In this document: positions 38,773 through 50,763 of the stretch, in pieces
How positions within the stretch are numbered: the stretch's first letter is position 1
How the letters are laid out: every line of letters begins with the position of its first letter
Assembly (NCBI GenBank): GCA_032718475.1
Contig: JAUCBJ010001929.1
Location: forward strand, 1-64,000
Length of the DNA: 64,000 nucleotides
Direction: 5' to 3'
From: Nemertoderma westbladi
Taxonomy: Eukaryota; Animalia; Xenacoelomorpha
Position numbers and translations under genes: made by a program
The notes under the pieces: generated by a model
The model's database searches: none
Told to the model about the DNA's origin: nothing
What the model saw: only the letters and a program-made list of their open reading frames with translations

Positions 38773-40560
38773 TTAGTTTTGGTTCGCTCCTCCTGTCTTC
38801 GGGAACCATCTTAGTTCTTTGCCCCTGTCATCATCTTGCCTGGGCCGCTTCCTTCCCTCTGGCTTGTCCTCTCTGAGACTCCTCATTCTCGCCGTTACCG
38901 CCTTGCTAATCCCCATCGTCGATTCTTTGGGCGCTGGTGGTATCAACTCCCGGTAACACTTTGCAGGTGGCCCTTCCGAGTGCCCCTCCTGCTTCCCCCT
39001 GGTCGCGTCCCACAAGATCATTTTCATCGCTTGCGGCACGCATTCCGCCAGAAAGTCCCTGAACTCGCCCCTGTTCTCTGGCATCCATCTATCCAAGTAT
39101 CTCTGCATGTTGATGACTCCTCCATATGATGCCGCTGTCGCTACCTCCTGGTATGCGAATGGCAGTCTCCTCTTGATAATCTCCTGATGGGCTTCCGGAT
39201 TGATGTTGAAGAAACCCCACCGGAACTCCTGGGCCTTCATCCTCTGCCGCATCATAATGCCGACGTCGGCCCACTCCTCGAAGATCTTAAACTTCTCTTC
39301 ATCATCCATCCAGTCGCACTGGCGCCCATAGTGCTCTGGAAGTTACACTTTGAGCAGCAGTTGTGCAGCCTCGGACATGCTCCCATCCTATGGGTCGACT
39401 TGTGGCAGTAGAGGCAGCTCGTCCCCTTCTGAAATCGATACAAACAGCTCTTTTCCTGGTGAGTTAGCCTCCCGCAGTAGTCACAGCCGTGTATCAACGC
39501 ATCCCGCCCCAAGTCGTCTTTTGCCCCGAGCGGTCTCCTAGGTCTGTGGAGCCATTGGTAGGCAAACTTCTGGACATTAAGGTCTCTACCCATATCCACG
39601 TCCTCCTCCCGCCTCGGCATCGTCTCCCCAAACACTACCTGTGGTGCCGTTCCCGGCTGCTAGCCCAACCTGATGGTGCTCCCCACGAAATCCATCACCG
39701 GCTCCTCGTGCACCCAGGTCCGCTTGCCAGGTTTATCCCAGAAGGCCCTCGCCCCGCTGGCCGTCACCACTCTCCTGCCCACCCAGTCCGTATCTGAGTG
39801 GCCGATCCTCTCGATGGGCATCATCTCCCCGAACTCGTCATCATCTTCCTCCCTTGCTGGGAGTGGATCCAGACCCGGTATCCCGGTAGATCCACTGTGC
39901 CCCTTTCCACCTTGGCTTCCACCCGTAACTTTCCACCCTGCCTGTTCCCTTGGTCTCTTCCTTGCGAAATCGCCCTCAGAGCCCCCTGGTATGGGCATCA
40001 TTTGCAATCCCGATGTTGACTGTTTCAGCGATCCCTCCATCCATCCCAGTTCCTCCCCCAGAAACTCGCCCGAGCTCCCTGATCCCACCTTAGCTCGTCC
40101 AAGTCCTGGGCTTCGAACCCGTACTCCTCTCCCCTTATATCTGCCTCTCTCTCATCTGCTTCCCTCCTTTCTCGCCTGGTGATTTCGACCAGCCTCTTCT
40201 CATCGACTCTATCCGCTTCCAACTTCTCCTACCTCTTGTATGGTGTGTCCACCTCTCTGTCTACTAGGTGCCGGCTATGATAGTACACCGACTCGCCCTT
40301 CAGCCCCGGGTGGTCTACGAGACCTTCGAAGGCCACCTTAAAGGCTCTTCTGTAGTTTAGAGGTGCACCTGATAGCAGAAACGCTGTTGGCTCTCTTCCG
40401 ATAACCACGGCCATGAATAGGTTTAGTAAACCTATCATTATCCAATCCTCCTGTAGGACATATCTCTTCTGATATATCTTTATCGCTCCCCTTCAGAACT
40501 GATACATCTCCTGTTTCCCTGGCCTCACTCCCCATTTCAGCGAGTTCGCCAGTTCCGCTC
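38773..40560 (-). pseudogene. Accessory ORF with three CCHC Zn knuckles, frameshifted
   Basis: CDYCGRLTHQEKSC, CLYCHKSTHRMGAC, CSKCNF|EHYGRQC, then FEEWADVG..RWGFF. Consecutive minus-strand fragments. Confidence 0.65.
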
Positions 40561-40749
40561 CATACTCCTCCCTGAACTTACCCCAGTCCATCGGCTTGTG
40601 GCAGACAAGCCCCATGAGCTGGCCCATCCCCACTGCTCCACAATGTCCTATGTTCTCTACCACCCCCAAAGTGCCAATTTTCCTTAGTCTTATTTTATTT
40701 TTCTTATGTCCCCCCCCCCCTGTCTGTACTATTACCCCATCTACATTTC

Positions 40750-41400
40750 TACTTCCTTCTTACTATGTACCCTACTACTACTATGGTATGCCTACATACC
40801 CTTTACTTTCTTACTACGTGGCGCTCTCGGTGCCCGCAACTTCTAATTTCTATGGTACAATGTACCCTAATACTGCTACTATGGTATACCTACATACCAC
40901 ACCCTTCACTCTCTCACTACGTGGCGCTTTTGGTGCCCACAACCCCTCTGCTACTACCTCTATGGTATACCTACATACCATACCATCTACTCTCTTACTA
41001 CGTGGTGCTTTCAGTGCCCACAACCCCTCTGCTACTACTTCTATGGTATATCTACATACCATACCCTCTACTCTCTTACTACGTGGCGCTTTCGGTGCCC
41101 ACAACCCCTCTGCCACTACTTCTATGGTATACCTACATACCATACCCTCTACTCTCTTACTATGTGGCGCTTTCGGTGCCCACAACCTCTAACTCTCTCG
41201 GTACTATGTACCCTACTACTACTCTCGTGGTATGTCTATATACCACACTCCCTAATCTCTAACTTCTAACTCTTACAGTACTATGTACCCTGCTACTACT
41301 CTCATGGTATGTCTATATACCACACTCCCTCTACTACTACTTCTGTGGTATGCCTATATACCATACTCTGTCTACTACTACTTAGTGCTACGTACTATCT
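40750..41400. repeat. 81-bp tandem repeat array
   Basis: GTGGCGCTTT(T/C)GGTGCCCACAACC-like unit recurs at ~40920, 41001, 41082 and 41163, with degenerate flanking copies. Confidence 0.9.
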
Positions 41401-41532
41401 ACTACTATTACTTTCTACTATCTTACTTATTATTTTATTATTTGCTTATAATTTATTTTTATATTTTGTGTGGGAAGGGCGTCTCGCCCTCATTCCCACC
41501 CCCCTCAGTCCAACATATTGGACGACTAAACT

Positions 41533-44500
41533 TCAAGGGTGATTCTTCCAGCAGGCACTCTCCCACTGCCCCCCTGTAGGTCCTCTTATCCTTCGCCCCA
41601 CTCTCCTTGTCAATTCCAACTCTCTAGGAATTGATTCTCCCTCCTCCACCACCCTAAAATCGGGTCTTTCGATCGCCTTCTTGATTTCCTCATGGTCCCC
41701 TGGCAGCAAAATGCCACCCTTCATCTTGTCGTCACCTGGCGGTAGAATGAAAAGAAATCGAAAGAATAGATAAAACAGAATGGATAATAGTAATCCTATC
41801 CCTTTCCACCCTGTCTTCTTATTTGACCTCCCCCTTTTCGGTATGCCTCTCAACCGGACTGGCGTCTCCTCCGGACACTTCTCCGGACATCTCGCCATCC
41901 ACTCTTCTCCATCCTCATACCGATAATTGCCAGGAACATCCTTGTTCCATCCCATTGTCTCTAAGTCTTCTGCGTCGAATCCATTCTCCTCCGCCCACTC
42001 CCTTGCTGTTGCTTTCCCTCCTAATTCATCTACCGATGGTATTTCTCTGGAACTATCCTCTATCCTTTCACCACGCTCCACTATGCGTGGTTCCAGATCC
42101 ATACCCAACTCCTGGTATCCTTCCCCGGGCCGCTTCTCACATAGGACCTCCCCATCGCCCGTCTTTGGTTTCTCCTCTACGTCCTCAACAGTGCCTGACA
42201 GCATGCACCCTGATGTCTCCGACACCCTGAATGGAATCTTGGTTTTATTTGGGCCACTAAGCATCCATCCGAACGGCGTGAGAATCGCCGTTGGATCCCA
42301 CTGCTTATTCTCTCGGAATATGATCCGTACTCTCTCATGTGCCGTCGGACAATCCATTCCGACTATGATGGATACCTTCGAGACGTCCACTTCCGGTATT
42401 GAGAAATCGATATCGTCCAGGAACTTGGTCCAGGAACCTGGTGGGTCGCCTGGTGTTTATATTAATCGATTCTATTATCTGAATGGGGTCGATGGTCGCC
42501 CCATAATCACATCCTGGTGCTATTGCTGATATCTCGCACCATCCCGTTCTCATCTCCAGGACCTCATCCTTGCTCGAGATAGTAGTTACCGCCATCTTAC
42601 TCGGCCTCGTCTGCAACCATATCTCTTCGGCCACCCAATTCTCCATTAACGTGAATGCTGCCCCACTATCGACCAACATTAGTGTTGTGACCGATAGCCC
42701 GTCCTTTCCTGTTATCCTCACTGGTACTACCCCGAGTAGCACTGTCCTCTTCCTCTTTGCTCCCGTCGTGCTCGTAGCCATAGTTTGGCCTCCAGTCTTG
42801 TCGTATTCTATCGGTGTTTCTCTACACTCTCCGAATCTGTGTCCTTGTACCACACATCGATGACATAGTCCATTTGTATCCGCATAGGCTTCCCGATCTT
42901 GTTTAGGCAACGCCTGCCAATGCTTACAACTCATGGTCTTATGGGTTCCATCTCTATGCAATTGACATTTGTGTCCTGGATTGTAGCATTCCTTGTAATT
43001 GTATAGCTCTTCACGTATCGCGCGTAGGTTCATATCTACCAGTTTAGTGTTTTGGTTATTTGGACTCGGCCTACTGGGTGTGTTGGGATTATATTTGTTC
43101 GTGTTGTTGTTTTGTTTCTGTCCCTGCCACGGTGTGGCCCTACTCCCAGCTATCTGTGGACTTGTAGACCCCTGCGTGGCCGCATGTGGTAGCGACTGTC
43201 TCACTCTCGGGAATGCATCTGCCGGACTATGTTCGGGTTTAGGCATGTTGTATTCAGCTTTCGGTGCCTTCCCCAAACTATCCTCACTGTAGACTGGGTC
43301 TGTAATCAACTCCGCCTCATAATTAAGGAAGTTCAACATCTCCTCTAGCCCTGGCTCCACACCCTTCTTCTCTTTGGTGGAGAAGGCGATCTTCCTCCAC
43401 TTATTTCTTAGCCAGATCGGCAGTGCCTGCGCTATTGTGATGTTATTCGATGCGTTGAGTTTGTAAGGCGCATCCAAGGTCTTCAGCACAATCAGCGCCT
43501 TTTCGACTTTATTCGCGAAAGTCTTGATGCTGACAGGGTTATCCTGTAGTCCACCTGATGTTATTCCCCTCAAGGTTTGCCGGATGATCTTAGCAGGGTG
43601 TCCGAATTCCCTGTCTAGGGCCCGCCATGCAGTCATGAATCCACCTTCGATACCTTGGTACTCCCTTACGATGCCGTATGCTGGCCCCCCTGTGTAAACT
43701 TGTAAGTATTTTAGGCACTCCGCCTGCGTCAGATTCTTTGTTAATATCTTGTTACTGTATATACGCCAGAATTGCAGATATTCCTCCGGTTTGCTTCCAT
43801 CAAATTTGAACGGCTCCACTTGGTGGCAGCTCGATCCTGGTCTAGAGCGCATCGATGAGTGCCACCATTCCCATCATTTGTACTTCTAGTGGGCTCGATG
43901 GATACTGTACAGATTCCCCTGCTGCTGGGTGCGGTTCGCCCGTTGGGCCTGTCGACGTCTTCTGCATTGGATATATCATTGGGGGTAACAGTCCCCACCA
44001 TATCTCTGTACCACACATTTTGTGATTGGTCCAAGGGGTTCGGGGTTTTTGTTCTTGGTTGAGTATATTGCTGATATTGTAATGGGGGAATGTCACCCTG
44101 CCCCCCCCCCCCCCCCCCAACGGTGTTATATTTGGTATTGGGGTTGATGTTACCATGTTAGGCCCCATACACATATCGGCAATAACTCCCCCCTCCCCTG
44201 GGTATATGTTCTATCCTTGCATATTATAGTCATACTGGTGTGCAGGTACTGGTATAGGCCTTTCCACCTCTTGCCTACATACCGGTATGTAGGCTGCGAC
44301 TTCCGGATCTAATCCCGTTGTCCGCGCTACCCTATCGCCTACACTATCTCTTCCAGCATGGCCTATGGTATGTGCAGTAAGGCCTACAGTATGTCCTGCA
44401 GTCTGTCTGTGTCATTCTGGACCAAAGTTTAATCTTCTCGAATATTCCAAGAAGTCCTCCCCACGACCACCGTACTCTCGATCGGCAGCTACGTCCCATT

Positions 44501-46470
44501 GGGAAGTTTCTCTTCGATCCCCTCTCCTGTCCTCGTCCTCGCACCGGTACATCCTGTACCCTTCTCCCGGTGTGTGGTATATCTCACCAGGCTGCGTCTC
44601 TCCGGGGCGATGGCAATCTCCCGGAGTTCGACCCCACTGACTCTCTAACTCCACCTCTGCTACCGACGGTTCACTCTCTTCAATGTAGTGATCCGGCTCA
44701 TGAGATCTCTCTTCGACCTCCCGGATAAAACTCCACTGTTCTTCTTCCGTCTTCCGACTGGGCTCGACGTCCTGTCGCTCGCCCGCTTATGGCGCCAACG
44801 TCTCTCTCTCTACCCGGTTAGACGCTCCTGGGGATACTCGCAATCCCCCTACTATTCTCCGTCGTCGGGTGCGACAGTTCACCTAACTTGCCCCACGCAT
44901 TGTCCGCCGACACTTGTGGGACATTCTCTGCCCCCCCCCCCCCTCTCGCCACTAATCTCTCGTGGTGGGGTGCACATAGCCCCCCCCCCCCCATTCGCCA
45001 CCTCTTACTTCGCTACTTCCCACTTTGCTTTTACACCCCTCTCTATTCGACGCACTATCTCTACCCTGGTTGGGTCTACTCACCCCTGCCTCTCCCTGTG
45101 CGACTGCATGGCCTTGCAGGCTCCCGGTGGGTTGACTCACCCCCGCTACTCCATGTGCGACTGTGTGGCCTTGCAGGCTCTCGTTGGGTTGACTCACCCC
45201 CACTACTCCCTGTGTAACTACGTGGCCTTGCAGGCTCTCGCTGGCCGGACCACCTGTCCCCCCTACTAATTAATTGTGCCGTTATTGATAAAATTATTTT
45301 GATTAATTTCCTCGGGATTATTATCTAACGCAACATTGTTATCTAAATTATTTAAATTATTTTGTTCAGAACTAGGGCTATTATTTGGAATATTTTGCAC
45401 ATTTAAATTAGTATTATTATTTGGATTATTTTGCACATTTAAATTAGTATTATTATTTGGATTATTTTGCACATTTAAATTAGTATTATTTGGATTATTT
45501 TACACATTTAAATCAGAATTATTATTACTGGGTAAAATATTATTTTCTGTAACAAAAGTTTGATTAGGGTTGTCTATTACAGTACTATTAATTCCTTATT
45601 ATATGTATTATTATTACCCCCCCTCCCCCCCGCTCGTACGGTTACACCAGTCCTGGGTCTGTCATCCGGTACCTGTGAGTGGGGTATTAACAAAGGTTTC
45701 CATTACTTCTGGTTCCTCGTAAATACTACCCGAACCAGCCTCACTCTCTGATAATCCCAACTTTGCCAGTTCTAACCGGCGCTTTTGCTTCGCTTGGTAT
45801 TGCATAAGCCCCCTCAACCGGGTATGCATATCATCCCGCATACGCTTTCCCGCTCTCTCACTCTCTCTCTCTGTCCTCTCTCAAACTTTGGTCGGCCAAC
45901 TCACTCTCTCTCGCCTCCCGCTCTCTACGCTCGTTCGTTTCCCTCTCTACCCTCGCTCTCTCTTTCGCTTCTCGCTCCTCGCGCTCTTTTATCTCTCTCT
46001 CCTCCCGCTCCCTGCAGTTTCTTGCCACCCTCTCGGATCTCTCTTTACATTCCCTCGCTAACTCTCTCTCTAATAATGCAGTTCCCTCGTCTAGTTGCCT
46101 CTCCAACTCCTTCTGATCCAGCGCCACAATGTCTAGTTGACACGCCTGATCTATCTCTAACACCCTTCTTGCTTTTGCGGAGGATGTAGCGGACTTATCG
46201 GTTGCGATGGACTCCCATCGCCTCTCTGTCCTACTAACTTTCCCCCGCTTTCTGGGGTTCTCGCTAACCGACAACACCAAATCCTCAGGATTAGACTCGG
46301 GTTCGCCGTCGTGCGGGTCCGCCCATCCCACTAACTTAATTCCCCTACCATCCACTAAGTAAGGCCCTACGTACACTACGTCTGGCTCCATTACCCCGGT
46401 TCGCCACAATTCAAACAGTTCCATGGCGACCCCCCTCGCTCTCTCACTCGCCAGTTCTCCCTGTCCAAAA
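41533..46470 (-). pseudogene. BEL gag-protease polyprotein with a C-terminal extension, frameshifted
   Basis: Coiled coil 45858-46470; FKFDGSKPEEYLQFW..YLQVYTGG..REFGHP; CHRCVVQGHRFGEC; LVDSGA; IIVGMDC; TPFGWMLSG. Confidence 0.82.
45060..45520. repeat. 60-bp repeats (x3) and 33-bp Asn-coding repeats within gag
   Basis: GGCCTTGCAGGCTC x3; TTTGGATTATTTTGCACATTTAAATTAGTATTA about x4. Confidence 0.8.
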
Positions 46471-46496
46471 CGGACTAAATAACGAATAACGAATAA

Positions 46497-46815
46497 TTTC
46501 TTTTTTTCTGTATATATTTTCCCGCTCAAATATTTATTGGTAAATGGATAGCCCACTATAAAAAGAAAGCTTCTGAATTGACAGATTCAAGAATAAAACT
46601 AATGAATGAAGTTATTATGGGTATGCGAATCATCAAATTATATGCTTGGGAGAAGGCTTTCTGTAGAAGAATTAATAAATCACGTAATTCAGAAATAAAG
46701 GAGACACAAAAAACATATTTCTGTGAAGGATTGTTAACTCGAGTGCCAGAAAGTTTCATTTTAATTGTCACATTCATCATCTTTGTTTCCCATAATTTCT
46801 TAGAAGGAGAAACAG
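46497..46815 (+). CDS. ABCC4: ABCC4-like exon, 5'-truncated (second half of TMD1)
   Basis: FPAQIFIGK..TDSRIKLMNEVIMGMRIIKLYAWEKAF. Probable weak donor AG|GTCCAT, phase 1, compatible with the acceptor at 47710. Confidence 0.75.
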
Positions 46816-47028
46816 GTCCATATGCATCCAGACAGATTCAGAATGTCTTGTCAAAATTCAATTATATCATAATACCATGATAATTTTTATTGTCTCAAGT
46901 AATCAATAAAATAGGATAATTGGGGTATTATTCTCCAGTACCACATAAACTTTATATGTATATGTAACTGGTACCACCATTTAATAGTCAAAGCCCTACA
47001 ACTATTAAATATAAATAACATATTAATC

Positions 47029-47276
47029 ATAGGAAGGGATCTAGGGGCCTTATAATAATCATATCATAGCAAACAGTTGGTCGAAGCTAGAGGCTCCTCT
47101 ATCAATAACTTCTAGCGGTAAGTAGGGGTGGGCACTATTTCTATCCAAAGTATCTCCCAGTAATTACAAGTTTTAATCCCAGTAAAAGGAGTAAAAGACT
47201 GAGTTGACCCTGGCAAGTCTCGAACCTACAACCATTCATTCGATTGTAAGATCGGCAATCAAACCAAATGAACTAA
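47029..47276 (-). mobile_element. tRNA-derived SINE in the ABCC intron
   Basis: Minus strand has an A-box-like TAGTTCATTTGG, B box GGTTCGAGACT, GGTCAACTCAG core and a tail CCCCTAGATCCCTTCCTAT. Confidence 0.6.
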
Positions 47277-47710
47277 CCATATGATATATTTAATTCATTC
47301 ATAATGAATGATTCCCTAATACAAAGGAATTAAAGAGATGATGTTATCTATCTGGGAGGATAAGTTAGGCTATTTGTAATATAAGGGAATCAATTAAATT
47401 ACGAGCAAAGCAAGCATCTAAAATTGCCTGGTATCCCAATCTGCAACATGGGAAATGACCTCCAACAGCAGTTTACTCTGCTAAGGGATAATATATATAC
47501 ATTTTCAGATATATTAGTTATATTTATATATTTCTTATATATATATTATTTATCAAATAAATTCTGCATAATATCATTCATTTCAAATAACTTCTGAATA
47601 ATTTTCATAGTTGATATGCCCTATCAACATATCGCATATCAACATATCAACATATAGTTTGTGGAGATAGATGGCTGGATGCATGTGACTCTAAATTGTC
47701 CATTACTTAG

Positions 47711-50700
47711 GAAATGAACTAAATCCAACAACAGTTTTTCCAATTATGAGTCTTTTATATGTTCTTAATCAGTTTGTAAACATACTGGGCTTGAAAGGGG
47801 CTATGCTTTCTATAAGAATTCGGGTTTCATTACAGCGAATTGAGAATTTACTTCTCAGAGATTTAAAGGAGCCAACAACTATTGCCTACAATGTAAGCGG
47901 CAAAAATGAAATCTTACTTGGCCCTTCACCTTCATCTTCAAATGAAATTCCAGAAAATATAAGTAATAGCACATCATGTATAACTAACAGAGGAACTTTA
48001 GTACTGGATTCCGTATGCTCTCGTTATAGTGTCAAAAATTTGAGTTCCTATGCCAATGTGAATATAAATCTAATGGCAAATTCCTCAGAACTTATTTGCA
48101 TTGTTGGCCCTGTTGGGTCTGGGAAGTCGTCTTTGTTGAATACAATCCTTGGAGAATTACCTTTAGTATCTGGGAGAATCCAAGTTGGTGGTAAACTTAG
48201 CTATAGTCCACAAAGTGGTTGGGTATTTTCGGGTACAGTGATGGAGAATGTTGTATTTGGAGAAGAGTTTATTGAGGATAAATATTATAAAGTCATAAAA
48301 GTTTGTGAACTTGAAGATGATATTGGTAGTTTTCCAGAGGGACACAATTCCTTGGTTGGTGAACGTGGATTAGCATTATCAGGGGGTCAACGGGCTAGAA
48401 TATCATTAGCTAGAGCTGTTTATGCTGATGCAGATATTTATCTTCTTGATGATCCACTTTCAGCTGTTGATACGAATGTTGGCGCTTGTTTGTTTGAAAG
48501 GTGCATTAGGGGATATTTGAAAGAAAAAACAGTGATCTTGGCAACACACCAAATTCAATATTTGCAACAATCTACTAGAGTTCTTGCACTTGATAAAGGA
48601 AAGTCTGTGATATATGGAAAATATATAGATGTTTACAATTATCTGAATCAACACCATATATTTCACATTATTGAAAATAAAATACAGAAAGATATAGCAG
48701 ATAATGTAACTCCTCAGTTCAAACTTATGAGTACTGAAAGGATTAGCACATTGAAAGGTTCATCTACAACAAGTAATCCAAATATAAATATGGGTTATTA
48801 TATTTACTATATAAAAGCAACAGGTTTCACTTTATTATTTGCTGCATTGCCATTGGCACTTCTAGTACAAATAAGTACAATGATGTGCGATTGGTGGTTA
48901 GCACAATGGGCAATTTATGGAGATGCCATAGACTCTGCTTTTCTGTACAATAATTCAAATACCCTTTATTTTGCCAATGGTTCCTATATAAATAATAATA
49001 ATAACAATATCATATTAGCTATTGATTCAACTTCTGTAATGTTATCATTATTTTACTATTTCATAACTAGTGTACTAATGTTGCCATTTGAGCAAAATTA
49101 TATCATTGCTGTTTATGGCTGCTTAATCTTCATCTCTGTAATTTTCACTGGGATATCTGTGGTTGTCACAATTAGAACACTGTTAAGGGCTGCCTGTCGA
49201 TTGCATAATGACATGTTTCAGAGGATAATGTATGCCACATGTTATTTCTTTGACACAAACAGTGTTGGTGATATTCTAAATAAATTTTCGAAGGATATTG
49301 GTATAATAGATAATTTACTCCTGCAAAGACTGAATGAAGTGATTCGCTATGGCATCAGATGTTTTTGCATTGTTGTATTTGTGATTATCATGAATCCATA
49401 TATGTTGATTCCTGTATTTCCATTGGCTATTATCTTAATAACTCAGAGACACTTTTATGTACGGACATCAAAACAAGTTAAAAAAATTGAGGGATCACTT
49501 CGCACTCCAATATTCCACCACATATCCGTTTCATTGGAGGGACTGAGTGTCATTCGAGCACTAGATGCAAGAAAGCGATTTGAATATGAATTATATGGTC
49601 ATTTAGATGCTCATTCTCGTGTTTCGATTGTTTATATACTTGTTGGTAGATGGTTTGGCTTCTCAATTGATGCATTTTGCAACATATTTATAACATTTAC
49701 GGCACTTACAGCTGTGCTCAGGTCTGATAGTTTGGATCCAGGATCAGTTGGTTTATCACTTACATATTCATTCGCTACCATGATGATGTTTCAGTACTTG
49801 GTAAGAACGATTACTGAGGTTGAAGAGCTTATGACATCAGTTGGAAGAGTTTATAACTATACAAAAGTGGATCAAGAGAAAAGTATCATAACATGTGTTA
49901 AACCTAATCTTCTATCAAATATATTTGTCAACAATCCATCGATCCACTTTCAAGAACTCTGTTTATCATACCATGAATCGCTGCCACAAGTTTTAATAAA
50001 TGTTTCTTTTAATGTCAATGCCAGAGAAAAAATAGGAATTGTTGGACGTACTGGTGCAGGAAAGAGTTCGTTAACAGCTGCATTGTTCCAACTAACTGAA
50101 ACAACTGGTTCTTTGATGATTGGTGGTACTGATGTGACCAAAGTGAATCTCAATGATCTCAGAAAATGTATTTCAATTATTCCTCAAGATCCTGTATTAT
50201 TCTCTGGAACTCTGCGATATAATCTTGACCCTTTTAAAGAATTCTCCGATGCAGATATTTGGATGACATTGGGTGATGTAAAGCTTGATAAAGCTGTTAG
50301 GGAAAGGACAGCAAGTATTCTGGAAAATCATGTTGCACTTTTCAAACATAAAACTAAAAAAAAAGAAAATGAAATATTGATAAACTCATCTTTAACTATA
50401 AATATTGATAATGTTGGATTAAATTCCAAAGTAATTGAGTATGGTGCTAATTTTAGTGTTGGTGAGAGACAACTAATCTGTCTCGCTAGAGCTATGCTGA
50501 GGAAGAATAAGATAATTGTTGTGGATGAAGCTACAGCCAATGTTGATAATAAAACTGATTTGGTTATTCAAGAGACAATAAGAAGTAAGTTTACTGACTG
50601 TACCGTTCTTACTATCGCCCACAGACTTAATACTGTCATGGACTCAGATAAGATCTTAGTAATGGATGGTGGAAGGGTTGTTGAATTTGGTACCCCTGAT

Positions 50701-50763
50701 GAATTGATGGCTAATGAAACTGGTCATTTTTCTGCTCTGTTGAGAAAACCAGTAAATTTATAA
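47711..50763 (+). CDS. ABCC4: ABCC4/MRP4-like transporter terminal exon (NBD1-TMD2-NBD2)
   Basis: Acceptor TTAG at 47710. NBD1: GPVGSGKS, LSGGQ, IYLLDD. TMD2: DWWLAQW, FFDTN. NBD2: GRTGAGKS, FSVGERQ, VVDEAT, IAHRL. Uninterrupted ORF. Confidence 0.93.

Larger units (their letters stand above)
37363..46475 (-). mobile_element. BEL/Pao-like LTR element, 5'-truncated, without RT or integrase
   Basis: LTR at the left end, minus-strand gag-protease, additional ORFs; no second LTR. Confidence 0.8.

Noticed and set aside
40596-41579. ORFs on both strands with 27-aa repeats
   Set aside because: Consequence of a stop-free 81-bp tandem unit; no protein motif.
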